Assembly: GCA_963834385.1 (NCBI GenBank)
Contig: CAWIBO010000003.1
Coordinates: 384,001-448,000, forward strand
Length of the DNA stretch: 64,000 nt
Origin: an uncultured Verrucomicrobiae bacterium
GTDB lineage: Bacteria; Verrucomicrobiota; Verrucomicrobiia; Chthoniobacterales; UBA10450
Reading direction: 5' to 3'
Shown here: positions 62,177-64,000 of the stretch, one piece after another
Layout of the letters: every line of letters begins with the position of its first letter
Position numbering within the stretch: position 1 is the stretch's first letter
Notes under the pieces: generated by a model
What the model was told of the DNA's origin: nothing
What the model saw: the letters and a program-made list of their open reading frames with translations, nothing else
The model's database searches: none
Position numbers and translations under genes: made by a program

Positions 62177-63634
62177 TCACGCTGCCCGGGACGTGCTGGA
62201 TTTTGGCGAGAGGAACAGGCCGAGCAGAAGGCCGGCGGCCAGTCCGCTCAGGTGCGCAGCCATGCTGATCTGCGGGGTGGAAAGGTCAAAGGCCGTCTGG
62301 ATCACGACGATGAGGATGACATTGCGAAGACGCCGCCGGGCCTGCGGCGCGTGTCGATTCATGATTAGGTAACCGGCCCAGGCGCCGACCAGCGCCATGA
62401 CCGAGCCGGAAGCGCCCACGACCTGTTCGGCGGCCGTCCAGTTTTGCAAACGGGCGAAGACGACGCCAAGGCCGGAGCCAAGACCTCCGAGGAGATAAAT
62501 CGCGGCGAAGCGCCAGCGCCCGACGGCGCGTTCCAGGCCGGGGCCAAGGAGGATCAGGCCGTAAAGATTGAAGAAGAGGTGGAGCGGACCGTAGTGGAGG
62601 AAGGTGGAAGAAAGCAGCCGCCAATATTCCTGACGATAAACCACGGAAAATGGCTCCAGTTGGCCGAGCCGGTGCAGGGTGGCGGGATTGGTGGAACCGC
62701 CGAGGCGCAGTTCGACGAGGAACATGGCCACGTTGAGCAGGCCAAAAACGAGCACGACCAGGCTGAGCCGTGGAAAAAAGCGGGCGGCGGGGCGTTCCCA
62801 GGCCGGGCTGCCGGTTTTGATCCGCTCGATCACGCGGCGGGCGCCGGACGAGAGCGGTTCTTCCGGCGACCGCCTGCCGGAATCGCCGGTCCAGAACTGG
62901 CGCGCGGACGCGGGCAAACGGGAAAGCCGGGTGGCGAGAAGGCGCTGGGCGAGATCGTGCTCGCCCGTGAAGGTAAGCACGATCAGCTCGCAAATGGCGC
63001 GGAGTTTTTCGCCTTCCGCGCTGCGGCTGAGCAGACCCGTCTGCGCGGCATGCTGCATGACGAGTTCGTCCTGCTGGCCGGTTTCGCCGAGCGCGCGGAG
63101 AAAGAAAGGGAGCAGGTGCGCCTCGCGATCCCCGCGCTCGAGTCCCTGCTGGAACCATTGAAGAAAGCCGATCCAATCCCCGCGCAAACTGAAGCGGTGA
63201 GCCGCGGCCAGGCGGGCAACCGGGGTGGCGTCGTCGGGGAAAAGCGTGGCAAGCCGATCCGCTGCGGCCGCCGGCCCAGCCGGCGCGTTTTCCAGGATCG
63301 CAAAAAGCCGGGCCTGCTCCGGGACGCCATCGGCTGGATGGACCAGGCGGAGCCATTGGGCGAGGCGGCGCGCGAAACGATGGCGCTGTTCCAGGGCCAG
63401 GCTTTCCAGCTTGCGCATCCCGATGGCCGGGCAAAGCAGAAACAAAAACCAGGCGGTGCCGCTGATGTATCCGGCCACCGGGCGCGCGAAAAACCAACTG
63501 GCCGCCACCGTGGCGAGGACGAGGAGCGCGGCCCCGGTCCATCCCGCGAGCTGACGCGGCCGCCGCAGCGTGCGCACCAGAACCAGGAGGGGAGAAATTC
63601 CCGCAATGAAGAGAAGGACGTGATTCAACTCCAT
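62177..63634 (-). CDS. Rhomboid family intramembrane serine protease with a long N-terminal region
   Basis: YWRL, FLH...HLFFN, GASG, AHLSG. Confidence 0.9.
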   Translation of the reverse strand: MELNHVLLFIAGISPLLVLVRTLRRPRQLAGWTGAALLVLATVAASWFFARPVAGYISGTAWFLFLLCPAIGMRKLESLALEQRHRFARRLAQWLRLVHPADGVPEQARLFAILENAPAGPAAAADRLATLFPDDATPVARLAAAHRFSLRGDWIGFLQWFQQGLERGDREAHLLPFFLRALGETGQQDELVMQHAAQTGLLSRSAEGEKLRAICELIVLTFTGEHDLAQRLLATRLSRLPASARQFWTGDSGRRSPEEPLSSGARRVIERIKTGSPAWERPAARFFPRLSLVVLVFGLLNVAMFLVELRLGGSTNPATLHRLGQLEPFSVVYRQEYWRLLSSTFLHYGPLHLFFNLYGLILLGPGLERAVGRWRFAAIYLLGGLGSGLGVVFARLQNWTAAEQVVGASGSVMALVGAWAGYLIMNRHAPQARRRLRNVILIVVIQTAFDLSTPQISMAAHLSGLAAGLLLGLFLSPKSSTSRAA

Positions 63635-63715
63635 GACCGCGCGGCAGTCTCGCATGTCCGGCGCGCCCGTCATCCCCGGCCTTGCCGCGAGGCCGGGCGG
63701 GGGGCAGGATGAAGC

Positions 63716-64000
63716 GTGCGCCTGCGCGTGACCCAGTATCTCGACGTGATCTCCTCGTGGTGCTTTTGGGCTTTCCCTGCCTGGCAGGAGTTGCAGGAGC
63801 GCTACCGGGGCCGGGTGGAGTTTAACTGGAAGATCGCGCTCATGGATGCCGCGGCCCTGCCGCCGACAGAGGAAGCAACCGCATGGTATTACCGGCGCAG
63901 CGGCATGATCATGCAATCGCCCTTTATGCTGAGCACCGGCTGGTACGAGGGGTTGCCCGAGTATCTCGCGCCCAATTGCGTGGCCGAGGCGGGCAAGGAT
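63716..64000 (+). CDS. DsbA/FrnE-like thioredoxin-fold protein, truncated by the window edge
   Basis: Manual translation: RLRVTQYLDVISSWCFWA...VEFNWKIALMD. Confidence 0.7.
   Translation, partial: MRLRVTQYLDVISSWCFWAFPAWQELQERYRGRVEFNWKIALMDAAALPPTEEATAWYYRRSGMIMQSPFMLSTGWYEGLPEYLAPNCVAEAGKD

Overview
High-GC bacterial chromosomal window, most consistent with Verrucomicrobiota (Chthoniobacterales-like); this is inferred from the protein families and not proven. Most of it is housekeeping: rfbB/rfbD, guaA, aat, purSQ, bioD, tyrS, tadA, tRNA-Gln, a PEP-CTERM/exosortase/TPR locus, hppA, asnS, an ECF sigma/anti-sigma/TonB set, a sugar ABC transporter with a GH31, sppA, the proteasome-pathway genes arc and dop, glgP, a MATE and a rhomboid. 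Many single-base frameshifts in conserved genes look like long-read consensus errors. The accessory part is about 42.0-51.5 kb, downstream of tRNA-Asp. It contains (i) a cassette between direct repeats in which two convergent toxin-antitoxin operons have both lost their toxins, and (ii) a visibly lower-GC ~7.3 kb island with no integrase, bounded by a 10-bp copy of the tRNA-Asp 3' end. The island carries a DUF2779-type nuclease, several unknown ORFs and a translationally coupled pair of a minimised FtsA paralog and an AAA+ ATPase. That pair is the best candidate here for an undescribed system. Other signals are a near-perfect sigma-54 promoter with enhancer-like palindromes, many apparently leaderless genes, and small ORFs missed by the ORF track.
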